DNA of 63,270 nt, the filler included, from Basidiobolus meristosporus CBS 931.73 (Eukaryota; Fungi; Basidiobolomycota): assembly GCA_002104905.1 (NCBI GenBank). It is 3 parts of 3 records of this genome, joined end to end, with 100 filler letters (N's around TTAATTAATTAA, not from the genome) between each part and the next. Parts side by side here need not be neighbours in the genome. Positions count along the whole stretch, not along the records: positions 18,222 to 35,609 come from MCFE01001089.1; positions 35,710 to 63,270 come from MCFE01000901.1; 1 more part is not named here. The stretch is one strand, 5' to 3'. The notes under the pieces are model-generated. The model ran no database searches, was not told the origin of the DNA, and worked only from the letters and a program-made list of their open reading frames with translations. Position 1 is the stretch's first letter. Every line of letters starts with the position of its first letter. Position numbers and translations under genes: made by a program. Of the stretch, positions 26,400-39,454 are shown in pieces.

Positions 26400-29300
26400 T
26401 GTTGCAACTTAAGAAGTGATTTGGATATAAATAACTTATCAAGAAATAGTGATAATAGTTGAACTGTTACTTATTCATAAAGAAGCTCAGTATTTAGACC
26501 TTTGTAGAAGCAATACAGCTGTAGCACCTCTGTAGTTGCTTGACATGCAGCCATATATTTGGCTTCAGTTGCAGATAGGGCCACAGTTTGTTGTTTCTTG
26601 CAATTCCAAGTAATAGCTGTACCAGCATAAAGAAATACAAAGCCAGTGGTAGAGCATCTGTTAATTAGATCCCCACCCCAATTTGAATCACTATAACCAT
26701 CATGTATTTGCCTATTAGCTGCTCCAGAGTATTCCAGTACCACATTTATGGTACCTTGTAGATATCTGAAAATCCGCTTTACAGCTGCAATTTGATCTGA
26801 TCCATAATTCTACATCTTGAGGTGCTGGAGATCTGGTTTTTTGCCTGTATATGCTTCAAAGCAAGTAGAATCACGTAGTGCTGTTGCAGAGCATCTGTTC
26901 TTGATGTATAGTGTGGTAGCAACAGATTCAGACCAAAACTTGTAGTCCATTCCCTTATCATGTAGCGTACATCTTCCCATCTCTACTTTTGTTATATTTG
27001 CATTTTCTGCTACTTCATGTTGCTGTGGAGTATGAGGAACTGTGGTCTGCTAAAGTATATCAGTATATGAGCAGTATTTTGCAAACTCTTTTGAGCAGTA
27101 TTCTCCTTCATTGTCACGTTGTAGTACCTTCAATTTGTTGCAGTTTAAGAAGTGATTTGGATATAAGGAACTTATCAAGAAATAGTGATAGTAGTTGAAC
27201 TGTTGTTTATTCATAAAGAAGCTCAGCATTTATACCTTTGCAGAAGTAATACAACTGGAACACTAAGTAAGGAGGGTTTCTCAATATTAGGAGCATTTTG
27301 TAACAGTTTCAGGGATAGTATATAAAGCCTTGTAATAGTGCTAATTTGATCCTGACACACAGGGAATAATCATAAAATCATATAACTGGAGAAAGTGGCA
27401 AAGTTAAGGCAGTAAATGAGTCCTACAGTGACTAAGACTAGTCTAGAATTGTTGAGAAATATTTAGCTGCTGAATGATTCCAAATAGTCCAATATTTCAA
27501 CACTCCCCCTCAACTAAATAATCTCTTAATGCCAATTTCTCTCTAAAGATCTCAAACTGTGGCCTAGCTAATGGTTTTGTCCATATGTCTTGCACCATTT
27601 TGTCAGTTGGGCAGTAAACTAACTCCACTAAGTTATTTTCTACAGCTTCCCTCACAAAGTGATGTTGTATATCAATGTGCTTAGTTCTGTCATGATTAGT
27701 AGGATTTCCAGCTAATGGAATACAACTTTGATTATCCTTGTAAATACATGTTGGTTCACCTGAATTAAGACCTAAGTCTTTGAATAACTTTAGTAGCCAT
27801 ATAGCCTCCTTAGTTGCTTGACATGCAGCCATATATTTGGCTTCAGTTGTAGATAAGGCCACAGCTGGTTGTTCCTTGCAATTCCAGGTAATAGCTGCAC
27901 CAGCATAAAGAAATACATAGCCCGTAGTAGAGCATTTGTCAATCAGATCCCTACCCCAATCTGAATCACTATAAGTATCAATTTCTTGCCTATTAGCTGC
28001 TCCAGAATATTCCAGTACCATATATATGGTACCTTGTAGATATCTAAAATCTGCTTTACAGCTGCAATTTGATCTGATCCATAGTTCTGCATGAATTGAC
28101 TGACTATTCCAGCTGCTACTGCAATATCTGGACATGTAGACACCATCAAGTACATTAGGCTACCAACCTTTGATTGATAGGGAAAGTCTTGGTCTATATT
28201 TGAGCCATTTTCATCTATAACTGGCTGAGATGCGCTTAATTTAGGTTATTGTCAATTGGGGTTGCTGCAGGTTTGCAATTCTCCATTTTGAAGCGTCTAA
28301 GAATGTTCCTGATGTACTTAGACTGATTCAGCATAATTTTCTGCATAGGTATGTCAAATTTGACCTCAATTCTAAGAAAATAGCTCAGTTTTCCAAGATC
28401 TTTCATCTCCAACTTGCTGAAGAGATCTGATTTTGTCTGTTTAAGTACCTCCTGGTCACTTGTAGCTATAATTAGGTTGCCCACATAAAGAACTGGGATG
28501 ATAATACCCTTTTTGAGCTGTTTTACATATATACTGTGATCTGCAGTGCTACAAGAGAACCCAGTTTCCTCTAGATATGTGTCAATCTTGTTATACTATG
28601 CTCTAGGTGCCTGCTTAAGCCCAAACAACAATTTTCTAAGTCTGCACACCTTATGGGAGCCTATTGGGTTGGTAAAACCTTCTAGTTGCTCCATATATGT
28701 AGTTTCTTGCAAATCCCCATTTAAAAAGGCTGTCTTGACATCCATTTGGTGTAGATCTAGACCGTGTGCAGCTACCAGGGCTAGAACTGTCCTAATAGAG
28801 TTAAACTTGGCAACCGGAGCAAATGTTTCCTTAAAGTCTGGTCCCTGGATCTGGGAATAGCCTTTAGCCACCAATCTAGCCATGTACTTATCAATGGCAC
28901 CATTTGAGGTTATCTTGATCTTGTAGACCCATCCACATCCTATTGGCTTTCTCCCATTTGGTAAATCTACCAGTTCCCACATTTTTGCCTTGATCAGTGA
29001 TTGGTACTCCTTTGGCATGGCTTGTTGCCACTTGGTAGCGTCTAGACTTTGCATTGCATGTTCCAGATTCTGAGGTTTGGCACATAAAGCAAGATAAGCT
29101 TCTTCATGATCATTCAATGTCTGCCAGCAGGATCCAGGGGCATTTCTTATTCTGGTAGATATCCCAACTGGGATAATCTGCTCCAATCTGGAACTGGTAG
29201 AAGTATCTTCCATATCTGGCTGCATTTGGTACGTATCTTCTTCATTAGTGCTGATTTCATCATCAGGCAACTGGCAAATGATATCGGTGGCTTTCTGATC

Positions 29301-32300
29301 TGAATTCTTCTCAAATACAACGTCCCTGCTGTTGATCAACTTCTGAATTTTGCCATCTTACACTCTTTATCATTTAGTATCTTCACAATACCTAAGAAAG
29401 ATCCCTTTCATACTCTTGGGTTCCAACTTTGAGCGTTTTCTGTCAAGGATGTGTTAAAAAACATCACTGCCAAAGATCTTGAGGTGCTGGAGATCAGGTT
29501 TTTTGCCTGCATATGCTTCAAAGAGTGTAAAATCATGTAGTGCTGTTGTTGGGCATCTGTTCTTGATGTATAAAGCAGTAGCAACAGATTCAGACCAAAA
29601 CTTGTAGTCCATTCCCTTATCATGTAGCATAGATATTCCCATCTCTACTATTGTACTATTTGAACGTTGTGCTACTCCATTTTGCTGTGGTGTATGAGGA
29701 GCAGTGGTCTGTTGAAGTATACCAGTAGACAAGCAGTATTTTGCAAACTCCTTTGAGCAGTATTCTCCTCCATTGTCACTTTGTAGTACCTTCAATTTAC
29801 ACCCAGTTTGTGTTTCTGCCATGTTCTTGAAGTGCTTAAATGTATCTAAAGCTTCATCCTTTTTTTTTGAGGAAGTACACCCATGTATACTCTGTCTTGT
29901 CATCAATAAACATCATATAGTATCTCTAGGCTCCAACGGACAGTGTTCTCTTGGGGCCATATATGTCTGAGTGTACAATAGCCAGTATTTTGGTGGTATT
30001 GATGCCTCCTGAGCTCATGAAACATTGCCTAGCTTGTTTGCCATATGAACATCCCTTACAAACATTCAATTTGATCAGAATTGTGTAATTTAGGCCCAAA
30101 ACTAGTTGATTTTTCAACAATTGGCTCATTTTCTGTTCTTCTACGTGTCCTTGTCTCCTATGCCACATCTCCCAGCTGGTTTCATCAGTATTAGCAATGT
30201 TGACATGCTCAGGTACAATGATCTTGCATTGCAACTTGTATATATTGTGATCTCTGATTCCCAAAGCTGATTTTTGTCCATTTTCACTCAATATTGAGCA
30301 GCTCAGCTTAGTAAAAACAAATTTCTGTCCATGAGTAGTTGCTTTACTGACTGAGAGTAGGTTCTTAGCTATTCCAGGTACATTCAGTACGTCAGCCAGT
30401 TTTGCTGTTGTTGCCCCTGAGTTATCACTCATATTTAGTTGTATAGACCCACTGGCAGTAGCTTCCAATGCAGAGTTATCTCCCAGATAAACCTTTCTTA
30501 CGGGAATAGTCTTTAAGTTGCTGAACCAATCCTTTATACCACAAATATGCTGTGATGCTCCAGAGTCAATATACCATTCATTACTTTGGTTACTTGCATT
30601 ATCTTGTATGGTTACAAATAACTGCTTATTAGTAGGTATATGGTTTGCCTGCTCTAGTTTCCATTTTTTGTCTGCTTGTTTCTTCTTACGTTCTCTTGCC
30701 CAGTGTCCTGGCTTTTTACAATAGTTGCAGCAACTAGGTTTTCTTTGGTTTTGTAGTTTTCCCTTCTTTTTTGAGTGCCTTTCTGAACTGAATAAAGCAT
30801 TATCTTCAATTTCTCTGCTTGATCATTACGTCTGAGTTCTTCATGGAGAAGTCTTACTTTGACATAGTCCACAGTCAAGGTATCTTCTCTGCTTTCAAAA
30901 GAAAGTATGAGTAACTCATACTTGTCTGGTAGGCTGCAGAGCAGACAGATTATCTTTTCTTCATCATGTACACCAGCATTAATACTGTAAAGTTCTTCTG
31001 CAAGTGTCTCCACTCAGATAATGAGTTGTAGCATGTCATCATCCTGCTTCATCCTTATGTCGAAGAACTTTTGTTTTAAATAAAGCTTGCTTGATACTGA
31101 CTTTGCTCTAAAGATCTTCTCTAAGGATTCCCATGCTACTTTGGCAGTATTTGAGGCATGAATTTGTGCAATGAAGGAGTCTTGCACATTGATGCATATG
31201 GCATTGAAGGCCTTTCCCTCCCTCTCTTGAAACTTCTCCACATCTTCTGCTGTTCCTTTGGGCTCAACTTCTTTTCCTGTAACTATGTTCCAAAGCTTCC
31301 TTTCCTCAAGGAGGATCTGCATCTTGATTTTCCAAAGTCTGTAGTTCTTCCCATCAAACCTCTCCTTTACAGGGAAGATGTTGGTATTGCTCTGTTTTTT
31401 GGTAGAAGTCATCTTTTATAATAGATTAAGGTAATTGGGGCTCAGAACCTGTTACAATTTAAGAGGTGATTTGGATATAAGCAACTTATCAAGAAATAGT
31501 AATAATAGTTGAACTGTTGTTTATTCATAAAGAAGCTCAGTATTTATACCTTTGTAGAGGTAACACAGCTGTAACACTAAATAGGGAGGGTTTCTCAATA
31601 TTCAGGAGCATTCTGTAACAGTTTCACGGTTAGTACATAATGCCTGGTAATAGTGCTAATTTGATCTTGACTATAGGGGAATAATCATAAGATCATATAT
31701 CTGGAGAAAGTGGCAAAGTTAAGGCAGTAAATGAGTCCTACAGTGACTAAGACTAGTCTAGAATTGTTAAGTAAATTTTTAGCTGCTGAATGATACCAAG
31801 TAGTCCACTATTTCAACACTGTTTACACCAAGTCTGTGTCTCTGCCATGTTCTTGAAGTGCTTAAACATCTCTAAAGCTTCATTTTTTGTTATGAGGAAG
31901 TACACCCATGTATATGTTGTTTTGACATCACTAAAGGTCATTAGGTATCTTTTGGCTCCAAAGGACTTTGTTTTCATGGGCCAGATATGTCTGAGTGTAC
32001 AATAGCCAATATTTTGGTGGTATTGATGCCTTCTGAGCTCTTGAAACATTGCCTAGCTTATTTGCTATATGAACATCCCTTTAAGACATTCAATTCGATC
32101 AGAATTGAGTATTTTAGGCCCAAATCAAGCTGATATTTCACTAATTGGCTCATTTTCTGTTCCCCAATGTATCCTAGCCTCCTATGCCATGTCTCCCAGT
32201 TGGTTTCATCAGTTTCAGCAATGTTGACATACTCAGGTACAATGATCTTGCATTGTAACTTGTATATATTGTGATCTCTGATTCCCAAAGCTTTTTTTTG

Positions 32301-34030
32301 TCCATTCTCACTCAATATTGAGCAGCTCATCTTAGTAAAAGCAAATTTCAGTCCCTGAGCGGTTGCTTTACTGACTGAGAGTAGATTCTTAGCTATTCCA
32401 GGTTTATAGAGTACGTCAGTGATTGTTGATGTAGTTGCCTTTGAGTTATTGCTCATATTTAGTTGTATAGACCCACCTGAGGTAGCTTCCAGAGTACGGT
32501 TATCTCCTAGATAAACCTTTCTTACGGGAATAGCTTTCAGGTTGCTGAACTACTCATTGATACCACAAATATGCTGTGATGCTCCAGAGTCAATATACCA
32601 TTCATTACTTTGGTTACTTGCATTCTCTTGTACGGTTACAACTAACTGTTGATCTGTAGTTATATGGTTTGCCTGCTCCAGTTTCTGTTTTTGTCTGCTT
32701 GTTTCTTCTTGCATTCTCTTGCCCAGTGTCCTGACTTTTTACAATAGTTGCAGTAACCAGGTATTCTTAGGTTTTGTTGTTTTCCCTTCTTTTCTGAGTG
32801 CCTTTCTGAGCTGAATAAAGCATTATCTGTGATTTTCTCTGCTTGATCATTAGGTCTGAGTTCTTCATGGAGAAGTCTTCCTTTGATATAGTCTAAAGTC
32901 AAGTTGTCTTCTCTGCTTTCAGAGGAAGGCACAAGTGGCTCATACTTGTCTGAAAGGACGCAATGCAGACAGAGTATCTTTTCTTCATCATCTGCACCAG
33001 TGTTGATACGTTAAAGTTCTTCTGCAAGTGTCTCCATTGTGGTAATGTGAGTGTAAGGCTCCAGAGTCAATATACCATACATTACTTTAGTTACTTGCAC
33101 TCTCTTGTGCAGTTACAAATACCTGTTCATCAGTAGTTATAAGGTTTGCCTGCTCTAGTTTCTGTTTTTTTGTCTGCCTGTTTCTTCTTGCATTCTCTTG
33201 CCCAGTATCCTGGCTTTTTACAGTAGCTGCAGCAATCAGGTTTATTTTGGTTTTATGGCTTTCCTTTCTTTTCTGAGTGCCTTTCTGAACTCAACAAAGC
33301 ATTATCTACAATTTTCACTGCTTGATCATTATGTATGAGCTCTTCATATTAGTAGTCTTCCTTTGACATAATCTAAAGTCATATTGTCTTCTCAGCTTTC
33401 CAAAGAAAGTATGAGTGGCTCATACTTGTGTGGTAGGCTGCAAAGCAGACAGAGTATCATTTCTTCATCATGTACACCAGCATTAGTACTGTAAAGTTCT
33501 TCTGCAAGTGTCTTCACTCAGATAATGAGTTGCAGCATGTCATCATCTGGTTTCTTCCTCATGTTGAAGAACTTTTGTTTTAAATAAAGCTTGCTTGATA
33601 CTGACTTTGCTCTAAAGATCCTTGCTAAGGATTCCCATGCTGCTTTAGCAGTATTTGAGGCATGGATTTGTCCAATGAAGGAATCTTGCACATTGATAAA
33701 TATGGCCTTAAAGTCCTTTCTCTCCTTCTCTTGAGACTTCTCCACATCTTCTGTTGCTCCTTTGGGTGCAACTTCTTTTCCTGTTACTACATTCCAAAGC
33801 TTCCTTTCCTCAAGGTGGATCTGCATCTTGATTCTCAAAAATCTGTGGTTCTTTCCATCAAACCTCTCCTCTACAGGGAAGATGTTTGTGTTGTTCTGTT
33901 TACTGGTAGAAGTCATCTTTTAGAATAGATTAAGGCAATCAGGACTCATAGCCTGTTGTAGTTTAAGAAGTGACTTGGATATAAGGAACCTATCAAGATG
34001 TAGTGATAATATTTGAACTGCTATTTATTA
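26400..34030 (-). mobile_element. Ty1/copia family A, copy A3: internally deleted, truncated LTRs (26400-26520; 33954-34030), gag C-terminal segment duplicated, hosts A2
   Basis: RNase H piece 26527-26810 and integrase piece 26811-27135 continue at about 31824. Protease and gag at 32058-33916. Direct duplication of about 470 bp (about 32580-33045 vs 33059-33520). Confidence 0.85.
27136..31818 (-). mobile_element. Ty1/copia family A, copy A2: full-length, both LTRs (27136-27502; 31450-31818), more decayed than A1
   Basis: All copia domains present in gag-PR-INT-RT-RH order. LTRs about 90% identical by eye. Flanks CAATT / CTGTT (degenerate TSD). Host integrase sequence resumes after 31823. Confidence 0.93.
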
Positions 34031-34039
34031 ACAAGTAGA

Positions 34040-35609
34040 GATTAGCCCAATTGGACCAAATGGTCCGATTGTATTTAAGTTATTTTGACCTCATAGCAAG
34101 GATATATGAAGTCTAAATGAAGTTTATGAAATCTCTCTGGTATGCACTTTGTGCTGGTATTTTGATTTTTTCAAAATGGTTGCAAATACTTTGTCTTATA
34201 TTGCCTTTACTGAAGCAACTTTTGGCAAATTTTAATTGGACCAAATGGTCTAACACTTCATTGATGAATTCATGGGTATGGCTTTAAGCAATTATATTTC
34301 AAACATTTAATAGCCAATCCTACTAACTGCAAAGAATTATTGGGCATTATTTGTTTTTTCATATACCACCTTCAAGTGCCTGGTATAGCAGTCTTTACAC
34401 ATTGGGTGGCCAGGGTTGCAACTGCATGAAAACTCAACCTTAGTGCCTGTAACATGAGCGGCAGTACAGGTTTTGCAAGCTAATCTACGGCTCTTTGAGC
34501 CATAACCTTTACTCATCAACAGGTAAGTGTGATTTTCATCACTTCTGAGGTGCCTCTGACTACCCAAGGGCCCCTTGATGTCTGGACTGGCCAAATTCTT
34601 ACAATATTGCAAGAAATTGTATGCTAAAATATCCTTGAAAGAGAAATGAGATACGCCACACTTTTGGTAAGAAAATGTACGGTAAGATCTATAGGCATTG
34701 GCTTTGCAAATACCCAGGATGAAGCCGTAGAAACGCATCACCCATCTTTCTGTAGATATAACATCAGGATAAGATGTCAAATTATCTTGAAGGTTATTGG
34801 CAGCATCAACCAAACCTACAAATATAGTAAATGGAGCACATGTTGTTTCTTCAAGACAGGATTCTACTTACTTTTATGGGTCTCATATTCTTCAACCACT
34901 TCCGGTTGCTGAGTGGTTATCACCTCACCATTGTCCCCTACAAAAGTTCTCCGTCCAGTAAGCCTTGTTGTGCTGCAAGAAGAAATAAATGCTTTGATCT
35001 TGTAATCACAGTAGGCGCAGACAAAGATTCTTGCGCTCCTTGTTGTCTTGTTCATAGTAAAGTGAGCACCATACAAGTTGCCAACACTGGCAACAATATT
35101 GGTGGTGGGCATACCGCATGGCCAGTAGCAGCGCTTAGTCACTTGCATAATGGAATACAGACTAAGTTCAGCCAGCATCATTGTCATATTTGGGGATCCA
35201 AACCAAGAGTCAGCAATAACGGTACGGCCAGTACCAAACCAAGGCTTGACTAATTGCTTGACAGTGGAAGTTAACTTGGACATACCAGGATCATTGTCAT
35301 ATTCCTTCTGTAACCAATCACTCACTGTATCTATTCTCAGGATACAAGAAGTGTGAAGGTCTGCTGAAGTCTTGAACTCCTGTCCAATGGGATGCGGCTT
35401 CCTTGGAACTTTCTTAACATTGGGCAAACCAGCTCCTAACCATTGATTCATTGATTTGTCAATGACTAAATACTTGCAGGGCTCTAAACAAGTTTTCATG
35501 TGTTCATTAAAGGCGTCAATAGTTGATCTATTTGATAAAGAGCATCAATTTCTTGATGTTCTTGGGAAGGGATTTCAAGAACGTGCATTTTCAGAATCTC
35601 TTTAAATCT
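34040..35609 (-). mobile_element. piggyBac-like DNA transposon (DDD transposase plus Cys-rich C-terminal domain), 5' part lost in gap
   Basis: LVIDKSMNQWLG..RKPHPIGQEFKT..LVKPWFGTGRTVIADSWFGS, C-terminal CKTC..CSC..CKDCYTRH. Repeated subterminal ttggaccaaatggtc at about 34053 and 34237. Confidence 0.85.
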
Positions 35610-35709
35610 NNNNNNNNNNNNNNNNNNNNNNNNNNNNNNNNNNNNNNNNNNNNTTAATTAATTAANNNNNNNNNNNNNNNNNNNNNNNNNNNNNNNNNNN
35701 NNNNNNNNN
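35610..35709. other. Assembly gap (100 bp of N with TTAATTAATTAA spacer)
   Basis: N run, spacer at 35654-35665. Confidence 0.97.
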
Positions 35710-35995
35710 ATATAGGCGGGGTAATCCTTTTTAGGGAAGTGAACGCATAAGAATGAGCACATCTGCCTGTGGGTGTCACTGTGACCCCACTACAACGTGT
35801 AGAGCAGTCAATATCCCAGGTAGAGAAAGCAGTATTTTTGCTGCAAAGGAACTCAAGTTGCTCAATGTTACAGCCAAGAATTGAGCCTCTCTTGATATAA
35901 CAGCAGAGGAACACTGTACAGTCTTTGAAGCACAACAACAGTGCCCAAAGATAAAGCCCACAGAAAAACCTATCACTGCATGGGAGGGAGACAAT

Positions 35996-37295
35996 GTGGT
36001 GTTTAAACCAAAGCCTATAAATCAAAAGACATTGAAGATCCATGAAGCTGTTGAGTGCAATAATGAAGAGTGGGCTAATATACAAGAGGCTGTCAGAAGT
36101 CTAGCACACCATCACCTTAAGGCTGGCATACCATGGGACCATCAGGAACTCAAGGCCAAGCAGAATGCACTTGACTTGTTCCATGAGCATTATCCTGGAT
36201 TCAAATGGGCAAACAGATTTTGGGCCAGCATTGGTATGCTAAGAAAGTATCTTAAGAATAGCAGAAACTATCAAAGGCAGAGAACAAGGGTGCTATGGCT
36301 AAAACCAGCGGCTTTCTCAAGAGCCTGTTACAAGCAGGGCTGAAAGCTCCAGACAAGCATCAAAGAGACGTCAGGCAGCTGGAAGAGTGCCAATTGAGGA
36401 CAAGCAGGCAGACATGGATGCACCAGCACAACATTTATCAAGGAAAAAGCGTAGTACCATTCAAGAAGCACTCAGTCAAAGTAGCAGTGAAGGACCTGGC
36501 AGTGATAAAAACCAGCTGCTTTTACAGGAGCCTGTCACAACTACAGTTGAGAGCTCAAAACAAGCTGAAAAGCAACATCAGGTTCCCAGAAGAGTGCCAG
36601 CAAGGGACAAGCAGGCCAAAACAGATGTGTCAGAGCAGAATTTATCGAGGAGAAGACGTAGTTCTTTACAATAAGCACTCAGACAAAGTAGCAGTGGAAG
36701 ACCTGGCAGTGATAAAGGAAAAGGTAAAGGGAAAAATGTCTACCAAAGCCTGAGACAGGGAGGCATGCAAAAAAAACTGCAGTTGTTGCCAATTAGCACC
36801 ATAAGCCTGGAGCAGACTGAATCCTTTTGTAGCCATGTAGAATTACTAACAAGAAAACAACTATTTTCACAAGAGTAGGAAGCACAGCCAGTTGAGCTAC
36901 ACTCCAGCAAGGTAGATGTGTTTGCAGAAAAAGCCAATTTGTCTACCACAGCTTCCACATCCCTCATTGTTAACAGAGTGGAGATCCCACTGACAGACAA
37001 GGCTACAACATCAAGAACTCAAAATACTATCACAATGCCTTCAGTGGAATTTTGGAGCATCAATAGGCACCCCAAGAAGTTGCAGCACTTCTTCATGAGC
37101 AGCGTTCAAGAAAACGCACTGGAATATTGCAAGGATTTATTGCAGAGACTGGCAGATGAGGTGCTAGACCTTGCAGTACCGGCTGAGGACCAGGATGTGT
37201 GGGAACCAGTGAATGAACAGTGGCATAAAGTTGTTGGGTTCCCACCAAAGTTGTGGAACCAAAGCATTACAGCAGAAATACTTATTGAGTGGTAG
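35996..37295 (+). pseudogene. Frameshifted unknown ORF (possible transposon accessory gene) with 207-bp tandem duplication
   Basis: Protein-like segments (W..Q..P.F.WA..FWASIGMLRKYLKNSR; low-complexity middle; C-terminal WEPVNEQW) lie in shifting frames. 36321-36527 is repeated at 36528-36734. Confidence 0.4.
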
Positions 37296-37869
37296 ATTTT
37301 AATGGAGTTACTTGTTGAGTGTGGGGTTGGGCTTAATGTTAGTGTAGGGTATAGAGACTTGTATAGGTCAATACAATTGGCAATTGAGGTACAACTGAAG
37401 TTTTAACGGAAATAAATCAATTTGTACACATGAAAAGTAAGAGAAATGGTTGAGTCAGGAAGTAAGGAGTGTGAAAAAGAGGCAGTAGCCAATCAATTTG
37501 CACAAGCATAGGAGGTGGTAGAGTGTCTGGCATCAGAAAGTAAGCAAATTGGCAGGGAACTAGTCAAAAGCCACTTATACATTGTTGTGATGAAAAATTT
37601 TGACTAAGTTTTTTGTGAAATCTGGGGTGCAATTATTTTTCAACAGTCTCTGGATGGTGTCCCGACAAGATCAGTACCTCTTAGTCACGGGACTTTAGCT
37701 TTGTGATGGCCTTTGGATGGGATCATCCTAATAATTTTTCAAAGTAGCTGGGGGATCAATTTTTGCTTCAGAAATCACCTGATCTTTGATCATTTTGCGC
37801 AAATAATCAAAATTGATGTGTCCAAATCTCCTGCGCAAAAACATTGGTGTTTCTTCATTTAAGTTACTT

Positions 37870-39454
37870 ATGCTGGCTTCCATGTAGGATGGAATATACG
37901 TCACTTGTATAGATTCTGATCTCTGATACTCAAAGCAATATGGGCACTATTTTGATCAGTGATCCTGCATCCAGAATTGCCAAAGCTAAGCTGAGCCCTT
38001 CTGCTGTGGCCTTTCTTACAGATAGTAAGTACATGGCTATTTTTGGTACATGGGGTTCTTCTTCAAAGATAAGTGTGGGCCTTACTTCACTGTTACTAAG
38101 GTTTACTTTGATAGTTTCTTCTCCCACTGCATTCAGTGTTCCAATTTCACCTATGAAAGCCTTCTTGATTGGTATTTCTTGATATTGGGCAAGAAGTTTG
38201 TTTTGGTATGTAAAGTGTTGAGATGCTCCAGAGTCAGCATACCAAGTCTGAAAATCCTTGTTTGTGGTCATATTTGGTGCAGATATGAGTAGTCTATCCT
38301 CAGTTGCTGCAGCAATTCCATATTCACGCTTTTTCTGCCAACTATCTCTCTTTTTGAGGCATTGGTCTGATGTGTGTCCCTTCCATTTGCAGTAACTGCA
38401 AAACAAGTTGTTATTTCCTTTAACAGGCCTTGGCTACCCCCTTTGTTGGTTATCAACACTTACTGAAGTATTTCTTCTTCCTTCTTATTTGTACTTGATT
38501 TTCTTAATTCTTCATCCAGGAGCCTTCCATATATGTAAATTAAGGTCAAATCTTCATCTTTGGACTTCAGGGCTGATAAAAGGCCCTGAAGCTTGTCTTT
38601 CAGGCTATTTAGAATGGTAACTATCACATCCTTGTCAACAGTTGATAAATCCACAGATTCCATCTCATCCACTAGCAGGATAATTCTGTTAATTAGATTT
38701 TTCATTTCCTCTGCTGGCAACATCTTTGTATTAAGAGATTTTTGTCAAAGATACATTTTCTTAGCAGCTGGATATGAATGGTAGGTGTCTTCTAATGCCT
38801 TCCAGGTATTCTTTGCAGCTTTTGCTCTTGAGCATTGAATTAGCAATATGTGTTGAACATTTAGGCAAGTGCAGTTAGAGGCACCTTGATGATTCTTCTA
38901 GTACTTTAAGACATCCTCTCCCACATTTTTAGTAGGGCATCTTCTCCCATGACAATGTCCCAAAGGTTGCTTTCTAGTAGCAGCATCTTCATCTTCACCT
39001 TCCACACTTGGTAGTTAGATCCATCAAACTTTTCAGCAGAGGGAGTAATTCCAGTAATAGCAGTAGTAGACATTGCAGAGAGTGACAGCTTGGGGATCAT
39101 AAGCTGTTGTAAGAGCCTTGGAGATATTGGAACTGATTGGGAGGATAAGTAGATTACAAGGTTCTCTCTTAATGATTTATTAAATGTAAAAGTAGTATTT
39201 ATACTTTTACATAGTCTTGGCATAACAACCACATGGAATACGTTTAGGAAGGTCCCAAGAGCATGTGTGCAGAGTTTGGGGCTGTTTGGACAACTTAACT
39301 GATTTCCATGTTCTGGGTACCTGATATTTTGGTGATAATATTCCAAGTAAATCCTAACAAGGAATTTGGTCAGTATTCATCAGGATTTATAGGTAATGAT
39401 CTAAGTGACCAAGTTAGGTGAATATTTAGGTGGAATTCCGAATTTTTTACAACA
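37870..39454 (-). mobile_element. Ty1/copia family B, copy B3: 5' LTR (39105-39454), degenerate PBS, gag (ATG 39073), protease; 3' part missing
   Basis: EKFDGSNYQVWKVKMKMLL, CSYCKWKGHTSDQC, WYADSGASQH; homologous to B2. Confidence 0.9.
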
